From Ginglymostoma cirratum (taxonomy: Eukaryota), in the NCBI GenBank assembly GCA_024137785.1, contig JAHRHZ010000115.1:2572478-2636477 (forward strand): DNA of 64,000 bases, in the 5' to 3' direction. Positions 25,553 through 38,839 of this stretch are shown here, one piece after another. The position numbers and the translations under genes were made by a program. Position 1 is the stretch's first letter. Every line of letters starts with the position of its first letter. The notes beneath the pieces are model-generated. The model did no database searches. It saw only the letters and a list, made by a program, of their open reading frames with translations, and had not been told where the DNA came from.

Positions 25553-26054
25553 ATTGCAACTCACCTGGGTTGATTACACTCAGGATTAATCACACCTCTT
25601 TCTTCATGTCTTATTGACAGGAGTACAACACTGAAATAAACAGCAGCTCTCCTCTGTGTAGTGCACAACAGGCCAGAGCAGGAAGTGTAGCTGTTATACT
25701 TCCGCCCACAAACTAATAGAAATTCAAGGACTGGAACCTTTTACACACCACGTTAGTGAAACTGAGAGAATAATATTGTCAGTAGCGAAAGTAACTACCG
25801 TGAAGTGTAGCTGAAAGGAAGGCTCAATAACTTTGGATGAAAGGTACCATCATGTAGTTGTTTTATTTTTGGAGGGGTGGCTTTCATTATGGAGTCAGCA
25901 ATCAATTGAGGCTGAGTTCACGGATCCAGAGAGAATCCAAAAGACTGAGACAATGAAAGTGAAACTCAGACTAAAGATAGAGAGACGCCAACAGAGGGCG
26001 ATAAAGACGGCACTGAGTATCCATAGAGAAGCCATGGTGTGGAGGTGCTGGCGT

Positions 26055-26445
26055 TGGACTGGAGGTAGACAAAGTCAGAAGTCCCATGACACCAGTTATA
26101 GTCCAACAGGTTTATTTGAAAACACGAGCTTTTGGCCCCTTATCCCTTCTTCACGTGTTGGTGTGAGAGATGGTATCAGACTCAGAATTTATAAGTAAAA
26201 GAGCAAAGGTTCACACCATTGGTGAGGACCTCCTAAACAAACCTAAGATGCCGTTAAATCTTTAATCGACGAGAAGGTTTTAATTGATTAATATGTATAT
26301 GTAAATCCCCAATTCCTTTCAAGTCACGGTCCTGAGAAAACTAAGGAAAGACTAAATTCTGTGTCTGATCCTAGCTCTCTCACTAATACCAGAAGAAGGA
26401 CAGGGGCTCCGAAAGCTTGTGTTTTTAAATAAACCTGTTGGACCA
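26055..26445. mobile_element. Penelope-type element with inverted terminal arms
   Basis: gtccaacaggtttattt...agcttt (26101-26132) is inverted relative to aaagctt...aaataaacctgttggac (26412-26443); interrupts a paralogous block. Confidence 0.6.
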
Positions 26446-27589
26446 CAGAGAAGCCAACAGCAGAGATCGATAAATGCAATACGATGACAGTGATACCGGG
26501 AAGCACTAGCAGATGGAGCTTGATACAACGTACAGCAGGGGAGTATAGTAAATCTACTCAAGGACCTTTGGGAGTAGTACTGATAATTTCATTCTTACGT
26601 TGAACCTTCACGCATTTGCACTGTGTAGTACAGATACACACACACACAAACTCTTCAAAACACATACACAGACACACCCTCACACACGCATACACGCACA
26701 CACACACACACACACGCATTCACTCACACACTGAAACACACACACACACACACATACACATTCCCACGCACACACGCATACTCACATGTGATATGATATG
26801 CTCAAAGCAGACAGACACAGCTCAACGTGATCAGACCCAGAGGTGGGTTACAGTTACTGCACTTAAAATTCTGTCAGATTTCTTTCCATCCATGATAAGT
26901 GATCCCCCAGACTCACCATGTCTTTTACTCCCAAGATTCTGCTCTCTGTTTCCTGCCCCGATTCCCTAATTGATACCAATTTTTGCTCTTTCCAGTTCAG
27001 AGGTGCCACGAAAATACCTACACGTTCCCACCCACACGTAATACTTGCACCCACACAAACTGTCCCCTTTCAAATTATAGTCCCACCTTCCACATCACTA
27101 CACTCAATTTCAATCTTATCCAGCAATATCTCTGATATCACCTTTATTCCTGTCCTCTTTTTCTCTACCTTCAGGCTCAAGGTTATCGCCCTCCCCCTCT
27201 GTTAGTTCCTCTCAGCATTCTTCGCTGAGATCAGTCTCATCTTCCTTCTTCCCCTCTGTGGGTGTTTTTCTTTGACTCACTGAACAGAGGCCTCACAGAA
27301 CATGATACACGGCACACCTGAATAATGGTACAATAGCTATCTNNNNNNNNNNNNNNNNNNNNNNNNNNNNNNNNNNNNNNNNNNNNNNNNNNNNNNNNNN
27401 NNNNNNNNNNNNNNNNNNNNNNNNNNNNNNNNNNNNNNNNNNNNNNNNNNNNNNNNNNNNNNNNNNNNNNNNNNNATTTCTGTCCGGGTGTGTTTATTTA
27501 GTCTGTGTGTATACTTGTGTACATTTCTATTTGTGTCTGTGTGTGTATTTCAATGCAAATATGTCTATGTTAGAGGACTCGTGTGCAGC

Positions 27590-28200
27590 GAGACGATATG
27601 AGTATTGGAGTAGTTGCTGCCATTATAAAGGGCCTTGGTGAGCCACATCTTGAGTATTGTGTGCAGTTTTTATGTCTCCTAGTCTGAGATAGGACATCCT
27701 TGTTGTTGAGGGAGTTCAGTGAAGGTTCACTGATTCCCAGGATGGCAGGACTGACTCATAAAGAAAGACTTGATCAACTGAGCTTATAGTCACTGGAATT
27801 TAGAAGACATGGTGGTGGTGGGGTGTCTTACAGATACGTATAAAGTCCTGGTGGGACTGGACAGGATTGATGCAGAAAGGAAGTTCCTGATGTTGGGGAA
27901 GCCCAGAACTAGAGGTGAAAGTTAAGACTACGTGGTAAGCCATTCAAGGCTGAGAAGACGAAGCATTTCTTCACTCAGAGGGCTGTGATCCTGTGGAATT
28001 CTCTCCCACAGAAAACCATTGAGACCAGTTCATTTCACATATTCAAGAGGGAGCTGGACGTGGTCCTTGCAGTTAAAGGGGTCGGGGGTGTGGAGACAAA
28101 GCGTGGATAGGATACTGAGACTGCTTGATCTGCTATGATCACATTGAATGGTGGAGCAGTCTCAAAGGGCTGAATGGACTACTCCTGCACCTATTTTCTG
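27590..28200 (+). mobile_element. CR1-type LINE 3' fragment
   Basis: PHLEYCVQF-like and FFTQR..WNSLP-like segments. Confidence 0.8.
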
Positions 28201-28570
28201 TGTCTCTATGTCTGTACCTCTGTGTGTGTGCGTGTTTGTCTGTGCACTCCTGTGTAAGAGCTAGTGAATATGTGTCTGTGTGTATGAATGTTCAGTTATG
28301 CATGTTCACTTTGTGGCCTTTGCCTGTGTGTTTCGGGGTGTGTGTCTGTTCTGCTGTGAGTTGCTCTGGTTGTCAGATCCTGGTCGAAAATGTATTCAAA
28401 AGATAAGAATCGTTCATCTGGGAAGCTGTTTCACGGGTCTAGTGTCAGTTCTAAAGCCACGCGTAGCTGCGTTGGGAGATAAATTGTCTTCAGAGATGAC
28501 AGTGACTGAGTCAATCCATTGAAAAGTCTCGCAGTCTCCTTCTCGGCTGCTCTGGTTTGTGTTGGACATG

Positions 28571-28603
28571 ATCTGCCTCTGTTGGCGGATTTCCGATACT
28601 GCA
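28571..28603 (-). promoter_or_regulatory. CTCF-like site, reverse orientation, core degenerate
   Basis: CCAACAGAGGCAG (one G short of consensus) with TGCAGT starting 18 bp upstream. Confidence 0.45.
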
Positions 28604-28971
28604 CAAGAGGAAGGTGAAACTTCCCAGGGATTCAGGGGAGTGCAAACAGCACCATTCAACGTGACAGCAGCATCGACTCGCACACAAAGGCAGTGTGCTG
28701 TGTTTGTTGCCCTAAACTCGCACGTCAAGTGGCCTTCATAAATTCGCTGTTGACATTTCGGTATTTATTTTGTTTTTGGTTTTCCTACTTCCTTACCATT
28801 CTGAGCACCTTCTTCCACAACTCCATGTCTATTTGTCGTATTTACAGTCCACAGTTTGTTAGGAGGTGTATTTGCTTAGAGTAAGCTTCTGGATCAGGGA
28901 TGCTGTGTGCGCATTTGGACCAGTATTGCAGTGTTAATGGGGCTGATCTTTAGCGTCCTGTTGCTCGGCTG

Positions 28972-29004
28972 TGCAGCGGCGTCTATCTACCAGCAGAGGG
29001 TGGC
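28972..29004 (+). promoter_or_regulatory. CTCF-like site, forward orientation
   Basis: CCAGCAGAGGGTGGC core with TGCAG starting 18 bp upstream. Confidence 0.7.
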
Positions 29005-29171
29005 GTTGTAGCTCTTTAAACGCAAGTTGGAGGAACACGGGAGAGAGAAACTTGCTTTGCAATTCATTCATTGTTGCACTGCACCTACCTCCCAATGCCC
29101 GCACGCACAAGCAGACAATTTCACACACTCGCGTGGATACACACACGCAGACACAGAGGGACACTTGGACA

Positions 29172-29247
<76 letters not shown>

Positions 29248-29329
29248 ACAACCGTTCACTTGTGCCCTCTCCACATTGACTGTATGAGTGTGAGTATGAA
29301 CTGATGCTTCTGTCCATTTGAATGGTGCT

Positions 29330-29655
29330 CCAAGTTCCCTCTCACTGAGTCTACATGCTAAGGGATGCACTAAACCTTAGGACAGCTGCCACCAAGGTGC
29401 GGTGGGCAAAGACCATGGCCTGAGGCCTTTTTGCTGAAGGTAAATGGCGATTCTTTCTGTTATCGGACACTCCTGGCGCCTCAAATATACGTAAATATTA
29501 ATTTTGCGTGAGAGGTCTATGTGTTTTTTTGGGGGCGCGATAGAGTCAAAGGTCAAAGTTTTGTTTGCTTGATATGCAACTGTGTCAAACCGAACTGCTT
29601 TTGTGTCAATATATAGTATATAAAGATTTTAATGAATAAAGTATATTTTTTAAAA
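29330..29655 (+). mobile_element. L1/Tx1-clade LINE 3' end fragment
   Basis: Colinear with 10748-11060 (ctacatgctgagggacgca...aataaagtatattt). Confidence 0.8.
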
Positions 29656-29799
29656 CAAATCCCTGATGGATTTTAAATCTCCTCCGATGCAGTAGCGTGT
29701 GGAGGGTGGCACAAGAGAGAAACAGGGAGTGGTTTCGAGATTTTTAATTAATTAATTCCCCGGAGAAAATATCTCCCACTCATTGGAGGGATGTATATA

Positions 29800-31458
29800 C
29801 ACAGATTCAGGTAAGAACAGACAGATGGCACACACACACGCACACATACACACACACAGATAGATAAACTTGTAAACACAGACCAAAGAGAGACACACGT
29901 ACACTGACTTTGCTACACATAAACACTGACAGAGAGGTATATCTACACAGAGAGATGTATATGCACACATGCGAAAGGTAACATTGCTATAGCCCTTCAA
30001 GACCACAAGTCTACTGTCCCATTAGAGAAGGGTGAATGGTGGTGCTTTCACCTGAGCTTACCATTTCTCAGACGAAGGGGGAAGTTGAGACAAAGAATCC
30101 TTCATGCCGATGCAGCAAATTGAACCCAGGCTGTGAGTGTCACCCAGTATCACAAACCAGCCATCAGATATACACTGTGACTTAGATACACACATAGAGA
30201 TATAGATGTGCACAGTATACACACACACATACACGCACAGAGATACACACAGAGGCACACACTCAGACATAGATATACACAGGGACATGCACACACAGAC
30301 TTAGATACACACACACACTGATATAGATATGCACAGTATACACACACACATGCATACAGAGAAACGCAGAGGCCAACACTCAGATATTGATACACACAGG
30401 TACACGTGGACACAGACTAAGANNNNNNNNNNACACACACACACACACACACACAGACACTCACTCAGATATAGGTACACAGAGGGACACACACAGATGT
30501 AGATACACACAGGGACACACACAATTGGATATAGATGCAGACAGAGACAGACACAAAGATGTACACTCACAGAGACGCACCCTCACATAGATTGAGATAC
30601 ACACAGGGACACATATGCACACACACACAGGCACACAAACTGAGATACACACATAAACGCATACACATACTGAGATACACACAGCGATAAACACACAAAT
30701 TTAGATACACACAGAGACACATACACATACACAGACCGAGATACACACACAGACACATGCACAGACTGAGGTACACACAGGGATAAGCACACGCAGTCTT
30801 AGACACATAGAGATGCGGACACACACAGACTGAGATACACACAGAGATAAACAGACACACAGACAGACATACACCCAGACACGCACAGAAAGTAGATACA
30901 TACTGACATACATACACATCGACTGAAATACACACAGATGCACACGCAGACTTAGATGCACATACAGAAACACACGCAGGCTTAGATAGATGCATTCACA
31001 CAGACAAAGACACACGTAGAGACACATACTCACGCACAGACTGAGATATACATATAGGGAGAAACACACACATGCAGGCACACAGACTGAGATACACAAA
31101 CAAACACACACACAAGCACAAACACAGACTGAGATACACTAACATACACACACTCACACAGACTTAGATAGGCATACGGATTCAGATACAAACAGAGAGT
31201 TATGGTGCACGCAGATATACAGACACAAAGAGAGATACCAGCACATGCAAACTTAGATAAGCAGAGACATAGGCATGCACACACAGACTTAGATACGCAC
31301 ACATACTAATATAGACAAACAGAGATACTTACGCAGACACCCACAGACATAAATACACATACACAGACTTATGTACAGGCACAGAGATGTAGATACACAC
31401 AGATATACATGCACACACATAGAGACATCCACACAGAGACTTAGATAAACACAGAGAC

Positions 31459-31506
<48 letters not shown>
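29800..31506. repeat. CA/GA-rich low-complexity array
   Basis: Degenerate (agatacacac)n and (CA)n tracts. Confidence 0.9.
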
Positions 31507-32794
31507 NNNNNNNNNNNNNNNNNNNNNNNNNNNNNNNNNNNNNNNNNNNNNNNNNNNNNNNNNNNNNNNNNNNNNNNNNNNNNNNNNNNNNNNNNNNNNN
31601 NNNNNNGCATGTCACAAGCTGGGCACTGCATTTATTACCCCGGACCTAGTTACCCCCTTAAGAAGGTGGGGGTGATCTGCCTTCTTGAGCCGATGCAGTC
31701 CATGTGCTGTAGGTAGACCCACAATGCCCCTTGAGGAAGGAAATCCAGGATTCTGACCCAGGCACACTGAAGGAACGGCCAATACATTTCCAGGAAGTAG
31801 ATTTTCTCTGAAGAAGGGTCCAGACCAGAAACGTCAGCTTTCCTGCTCCTCTGATGCTGTCTGGCCTGCTGTGTCCATCCAGCTCTCCACCTTGTTATCT
31901 CAATATATTTCCAAGTTGGGACAGGGAGTGACTCAGACGGGAGCTTGCATGGGGCTGGCCTTCCCACGTACTTACTGCCCCTTGTCCTTCAAGGATGAGG
32001 TGGTCGTGGGTTTGGAAGGTGCTACCTGAGGATCTTTGGTGAATTAAGTCCGGATACCAGAGAGGGAGAAGAATGAGTGATCTAGCTGGGAGTAGATGCC
32101 TCGAAACTACTGCCTTCCTTGATGTCAGTGACCAACATAGATAATGTCACAGGGCACCATCCATCTCCCCAGAGTTTGGGACAGGTCTCCCTAAGGGAAG
32201 AGATCACTGCAGCCAGTCAGCTTCAGTTAACTAGTGACTATGAGAATAAATTCGAGGGCACAGTACGAGTTTACCAATGTCTTGTTCCAATCGATGTTCC
32301 ACTCCTATCCTACGGGTACTGACTGAGCAGATACAGCAGGACACATTGTGGTAGATAGCACTCCATATCAGACAGAGCTGTCTCGTTGCTGAACGAACAC
32401 AGTCAGCCAGAGACAGGGCATGAAGATCTGGCTGGGAAGTTGCGAATGATGGTCTGCTCTCTCCGTCAGAGCAGAGTCTGCCGTAAGATCCTACCCACAG
32501 CAGGAACCCCTCCCCTCTGCCTTTTCTCCCCCGGGTCCAGGCTCACACAGGGAAACTCCACCATGCACATAAGTCAATCTCCGTGTGTAAACAGGGGCTG
32601 TGAATGGACTGAATTAGCACCCTGAAACCAGGTCACATTTACTCTTTACTGTTTGACAGAGAGAGGGAGAGAGAGAGAGAGAATGAGAGAAAAGGAGAGA
32701 GAGAGAAAGAGAAATGCATAGAGAGGGAGAGAGACAGAGAAAGAGAGAGAGAGAGAGAGAAGGCCTTGAAACCTCATTAGCTGCTAACTTATAG

Positions 32795-33410
32795 CGTCAT
32801 GCAGCACTGAAAAAGACCCTTCAGCTCAACTCGTTCATGCCAATCATGTTTCCTGAACTGAACTAGCCCCATTTGCCAGCAATTAGCCCATACCTCTCTA
32901 AAACTTTTCGACTCATGTAACCATCCAGATGCCTTTTAAATGTTGGAATTGGACCAGCCTTCACCACTTCCTCTGGCAGCTTGTTCCATACACCCACACC
33001 CTGTGTGAAAAAGTTACCGCCTGGGTCCCCTTTCCAATCTTTCCCCACTCATCTTAAACCTACAACCTCTAGTTTTGGACTCCCCTACCCTGGGGAAATC
33101 ACCTTGTCTATTCACACTACCTGTGCCCCTCGTGATTTTATAAACCTTTATAAGGTGACCCCTCAGCTGGTCCGGGGAAAATAACCCCAGCCTATTCAGC
33201 CTCTCCATATAACTCAAACCCTCCAACTCTGGCAACTTCCTTGTAAATCTTTTCTGAACCCTTTCCAGTTTCACTACATCTTTCCTATTACCGGGAGACC
33301 ACAAACGTCCACAATATTCCAAAAATGGCTGAACCAATGCCCTGTCTAGCCACAACATGTCCTCGCAACTCCAACACTCAGTGATCTGAGCAATAAAGGC
33401 AAGCGTACCA
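32795..33410 (-). mobile_element. CR1-type LINE 3' fragment
   Basis: LEYC..WSP..RKDVVKLERVQKRFTR and FFTQ..WNKLPEEVV. Confidence 0.85.
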
Positions 33411-33539
33411 CCTTGAATTTTTAATGATCATTTCGATGCTGTGCATTGTTCTAGATTGCATGTGTGTGTATACTGTGTGTGTTTAGAAACCTTTAAATTA
33501 GACTTATATGTAAATATTTTTGTAATTCAGTTGCTTTTT

Positions 33540-34560
33540 TTTATTCACTCATGGGACGAGGAGCATCGCTGGCTGGGCCCAGCATTTATTGCCCCAACTC
33601 TAGTTTCCTCCCTTGAGAAGGTGGGGATGAGCTGCCTTCTTAAACTTCTGCAGTCCCTGTGCTGTAGGCTAGACTCACAATGTCCCTTAGGGAGGAAATT
33701 CTGGGATCCTGACCCAGCAACACTGAAGCAACATCCGATATATTCCCACATCAGGATGGGAAGTGGCTCAGAGTGGAACTTGCAGAAGCTGGTATTCCCA
33801 TTTCTCTGCTGCCCCTTGTCCTTCTCGATGTAAGTGGTCATGTGTTTGGGAGATGCTGCCTGAAAATCTTTGGCGAATTGCTGCAGTGCATCCAGATTTC
33901 AGCCTCTGTTCTGACTTATTTGGAAGTATCTTCTGTTGTGAAAATAAAAGTGGACCGTGCGATGGTTACTGTAACTGATACTGTCATGTACAGGTACATC
34001 TGCAGTCAACACATTGGTAAGGATGAGGTCAAGTATGTTTTTCCCTCTTGTTGGCTCCCTCACCACCTGCCACGGACCCAGTCAGCAGTTATGTCCTTTA
34101 GGACCCGACCAGCCCGATTTGTAGTATTGCAACCAAGCCACTCTTGCTGGTGGACATTGATATCCCCCACCCAGAGTACATTGTGTGTCCTTGTCATCCT
34201 CAGTGCTTCCTCCAAGTGTTGTTCAACATTCAGGAGTACTGATTCATCAGATAGAGGTATGTGATAATCAGCAGGAGGTTTCCTTGCTCACGTTTAACCT
34301 GAAACCATGGAGTCGGAATCAATGTTGAGGACTCCCTCCCAAATGTATACCTCTGTACTGCCACCTCTGCTGGGTCTGTCCTGCCAGTGGGACAGGACAT
34401 ATCCAGGGATGGTGAGGATGGTGTCTGGGACATTGTCTGTAAGGTATGATTCTGTGAGTATGACTATGTCAGGCTGTTTGCTTGACTAGTTTATGAGACA
34501 ACTGTCCCAATCTCGACACTAGTTGCCAGAAGTTTGTGAGGAGGACTTTGCAGAGTCCGG
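33540..34560 (-). mobile_element. Degenerate LINE fragment(s)
   Basis: 3' tail shared with the SINE family; similar to 31610-32045 and 36940-37710. Confidence 0.6.
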
Positions 34561-35749
34561 GGTTTGAGTTGGTAATTTCCTGAGTGCAGGTCGATTACTA
34601 TCTGTCCTGTTTCTGGCCTTGAGCTGAAACTCTGTTCGCCCACGTAACCTCCAGCCTGGTTGAACGGGGAAAATTCCGAGCAACACACACACAAACACTC
34701 ACACTCATACACACATGCACATATGTATACGCACACTCATACACACACNNNNNNNNNNNNNNNNNNNNNNNNNNNNNNNNNNNNNNNNNNNNNNNNNNNN
34801 NNNNNNNNNNNNNNNNNNNNNNNNNNNNNNNNNNNNNNNNNNNNNNNNNNNNNNNNNNNNNNNNNNNNNNNNNNNNNNNNNNNNNNNNNNNNNNNACCAC
34901 ACACTCTCACACAAACACACACAAATATACACACACGTACACAGACACACACGCATATACATGTACACACACATATACACACGCACGCATGCACACACAA
35001 AACACACACCGACACACGCACAGACACACATATTTACACTCTCTCTCACACACACACACTCACACACACGTATACATGCACAAACACTCACCACACTCCC
35101 ACGCACACATGTGTACACACACATACACACTCACACACACACTCATGCACACACCACACTCACATACACTCTCCCTCATACACTCACACACATACACAGA
35201 GAGAGACAGACAGACAGACACAGCAGAGAAATTCCTACCCTGCCTACCAGTGGCATTCTTTGCCCAATGAAAAGTTTGACCACTTGCCTCTGAGTTTCCC
35301 GATGGTCTGTTCCTCAATCTCTCTTGCAGCCCTTTCAGACAGCCCAGGAGGCTTGACCTTACCTCTTTTTGTTTCAGGGATCTGACCAAACAAGCTTTGT
35401 CCTCCCACCTACTCCTCAGGGACTTCCACACGATTTGAGACTCGCAAACAACTTCCTAAATGGTCCTGTCACACACCACCACCGCTCCCCATCTCCCATT
35501 GGTGTGTCCCTAAGCCTTTGTCACGTCCTTTATATCAAGTGCCCAGACGTCCTCACATCGAAGCCCCATTTCTATTATTGTCACTGAGACATACTCGGAA
35601 CTCTGCTATTTGCCTTCAGGCACACAGGGACCTGCTTAAGTCCATTTTCCAGAAGATTGCTAGCTAGCCACGACATTGACATCTACTGGCACGCAATGGA
35701 ATACTTTTGATTCAGCCTCTCTATCCGCTAACCCACATGATGAGGTGAG

Positions 35750-36590
35750 GGGTCGGGATGTCAGAGAGAGGGAGTGACATTCGGATGAAAAGACAGTCAG
35801 TGTTTGAGTTAGTTCTCAACTGGAAATAGAGAGCTTAGTGGCATGATGTGAAGACAGTAATTTCTCCCTCAACGTCTGGAAAATGAAGGGGCTGATCATC
35901 GACTTCCAGCTGGTGCCTGACTGTATCAATGGTGCTGATGTGGAGACGGCCCAGAGGTCCCAAGTAACTGGGGTTGAATATCACCACGGATCTATCTTGG
36001 CCCATCCACATCAACGCTACTGCTCAGAAAGCACACCACCACCAACAACTCCCTCAGGAGGCTATGGGAGTTTGGCCCGTCCACAAAGACTCTTCCCAGT
36101 TTTTACAGATGCACCACTGAAAGCATTTTATCCTGATACATCCAAGCAACTTCTGCTGTAATCATAGACCACAAGAAGTGACAGACAGTTATGAATGCAG
36201 CCCAGTCCAACACGTAAACCAGGCTTCCCACCATTGACTCCATCTACACTTCCCACTGCCTCGGGAAAGCAGCCTACATCTTCAAAAGCCCCTCCCAGCC
36301 TGGTTATACTCTTGTCCAACGGAGAAAAGTTGCAAACGTTTGAATATATATACCAACAGATTCAAGAATAGCGTCTTTCCCCATGTCATCAGACTTCTGA
36401 ATGGGCCTTTCAAATTTTAAATCTAATGTTGATCTCGCTGTCTGTGCACCCTCTCTGCAGCTGTGACATTGTATTCCTCGCTCTGTTTTATCACCCTAAT
36501 GCACTTTGTATGGTATGATCTGCCTGTACTGCACGCAAAACAAAACTTTTCACTGTAGTCAAGTATTTGTGACAATAATGAAACAAATCA
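35750..36590 (+). mobile_element. Rex1/Babar-like LINE 3' fragment
   Basis: K.LIIDF...INGADVE-type C-terminal RT region with frameshifts; tail ttttcactgta...gtgacaataa. Confidence 0.65.
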
Positions 36591-38470
36591 AAGACATACA
36601 GACAGTGTGAGGAACTGCCGGCCCTGTTTCACTTGTGTTCGGGTGAGCTGTTTTGAAATCTCTGCTCCCTGGCCACATCTATCATTCGATAGGCTCTGTG
36701 GGGTGTTAGCCCACAGCTTTGGTGTTAACCACCATAGCCATCATTACACGTAAGGAGTGTTGAGTTCTTTAAACCGTGATCAGCGACTTCCTTTATAAAT
36801 TCTGTAATTGTTAACAATCCAGGGAAGTTCATGTACCTTGTTCAAAACTCAGGAATGTACCAGGGATTTCAAACATTGTCTAATTTAAAGAGAAAAATGT
36901 TTACCCGCCCATAACCATACTGTAAAATGTCTTATGTCTTACTCACTTGTGGGACGTGGGCATCGCTGTCTGGGCCCACCTTTTATCACCACTTCCTTAG
37001 TTGCCCACCCCGCCATTGACAAGGTGGGGGTGAGCTGCCTTCTTGAATCGCTGCAGTCCACGTGTTGTAGGGTAGACCCATGATGTCCCTACTGGATAGA
37101 ATTCCAGGTTATGGGCCCAGCCACACTGAAGGAACGGCCGATATATTTCCAAGTCGGAATGGGGAAAGGGTCAGAGGGGAACTTGCAGGGGGCTGGTGTT
37201 CCCACGAATCTACTGCCCCTTGCCCTTCTAGATAGAAGTGGTCATGGAAGGTGCTGGCTGAGGTTCTTTGTTAAATTTCTGCAGTGCTTCTGTAGATGGT
37301 TCTCACTGCTGTTGCTGAACGTCGGTGGTGGAGGGAGTAGGATGTTAGTGGGTGTGCTGCCAATTGAGAAGGGGCTACTTTGTCCCTGGATGGTGTCGAG
37401 CTTCTCGAGTGTTGTTGGAGCTGCCCACATCTAGGGACAAGTGGGAGTATTCCCTCACCCTCCTGCCTTGTGCCTTGTCGATGGTGGGACAGGGCTTTGG
37501 TGTGGGGGGAGACAGGAGGTGAGTGACTCGCTGCAGGATTCCCAGCGTCTGACCTGCTCTTGTAGACCCTGTGTTTATGTGGCTGGGTCTGGGTCAGATT
37601 ATGGTCGAGGGTCACCCCCAGGATGTCGACGGGAGGAGCATTCAGTGATGGTAACGCCGTTGAATGTCAAAGGATGTAGGTTAGATTCTGACTTGTTGAA
37701 GATGGTCCTTGCTGAGGCGGGGAGGTGTATCAGGCTGTGTCTGGCAATGGGTTTAATTCCATTTAACTGCTAGAGACGGAGAGCTAGTGTTTAAATCATA
37801 GAAGCATACAGAAGCCCTTCAGCCTATCGAATCTATACTGCCAAGGTTACATTAAATCTCCACTGGTCCACCTGCATTCCCTTTGTTAGCCTACATCTTA
37901 TTAGAGCCACCATTTCTCCCAAAACCATAGCTTGTTCCTACTAAGAAGAAAAGGATTACATTTGAGAAATACGGCCAAATGTGTTTTAACAGAAAAACTA
38001 AGAAAGATATTAGTGACATGGGTGAAAATAGAATGCTACCTTCCTCCGTTCTCAGAATCAGGCAAGCAAAGTTAAATAGAGAAAAAGAGAGATAGAAGGA
38101 AATTACAATTTATGACTTTCTTTCCACAACACGAGAGCAAACCTCAAAGATATTTCTCAGAGATAGTGTGAGCTGGACCCTTTCCCCGACACGTCCATCT
38201 GGGATTCTCATCCATTTGCCGGGTCTCGTAGCGGTTGGGACTAGCGATTCAGGAGAGTGACATAGTGGAAGGAATGGCACGATGTTGGTGAGGTCCAGTT
38301 CCGGGTGAGTGAATGGGTCATTCAGCTGGATAAGAGCTCCTGACCTATTCCCTCACTCATTGAGGAAGCTTTCTTTAAGAACTGTTTCTGGAAACAGCCC
38401 AAATGTAAGAGTGGGCGGAGTGAATCAGAGAGGGTGAGATCCTCTAATCTGCAGACAGCAGTCTGTGCAC

Positions 38471-38557
38471 AGTTTTTGTACTGGTTTGTATCACTGTGGG
38501 ATATATACGAAGCTGGGACACGGTAACATAATCTCCTGCAGCGCCCGTACAATAACT
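38471..38557 (+). CDS. TRDD: TCR delta D segment (coding 38499-38518, GGATATATACGAAGCTGGGA) with 5' 12-RSS and 3' 23-RSS
   Basis: AGTTTTTGT-12-CACTGTG, 20-nt D, CACGGTA-23-ACAATAACT. Open in all three frames (GYIRSW, DIYEAG, IYTKLG). Confidence 0.95.
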
Positions 38558-38839
38558 TCTCCGGCCACAAAGGACCCTCTAAATCCTTTCTAACGACCCT
38601 CTGATTTACCCAGAGCTTTACCGTACACCCTTCCAAATCCCACCACCCATTCTCCCTTTCCATTCTGTGCACTTTTCCCACCTTTGAGCCTGTTTCTATT
38701 GATTTCTGCTCCTGGATTTATGGAAAGACCTGTCCAGTTGTTTTCTCTGGTCTGTACCCACCCCAGAGAAGGGATGAGGCATGGTCCCGAAGAGATAAGG
38801 GGGCAACGAGTAGATTTTGTCCAGGGATTGGACTGTGTG

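Noticed and set aside
32050-32640. Unique-looking stretch with a minus-strand acceptor-like site and CACAATG
   Set aside because: No Ig-domain residues recognised, stops present, no nonamer at 12 or 23 bp
29800-35270. Many Cys/Val- or His/Thr-rich ORFs
   Set aside because: Translations of (CA)n/(TG)n low-complexity DNA and N gaps
1-38400. IgH-type V, TAILV or NAR-TCR V-D-J cassettes known from shark TCR-delta loci
   Set aside because: No IgH/IgNAR-like V exon, WGxG-type J or extra D cluster was seen. The plus-strand Vs have leader remnants, so they are not leaderless supporting Vs.
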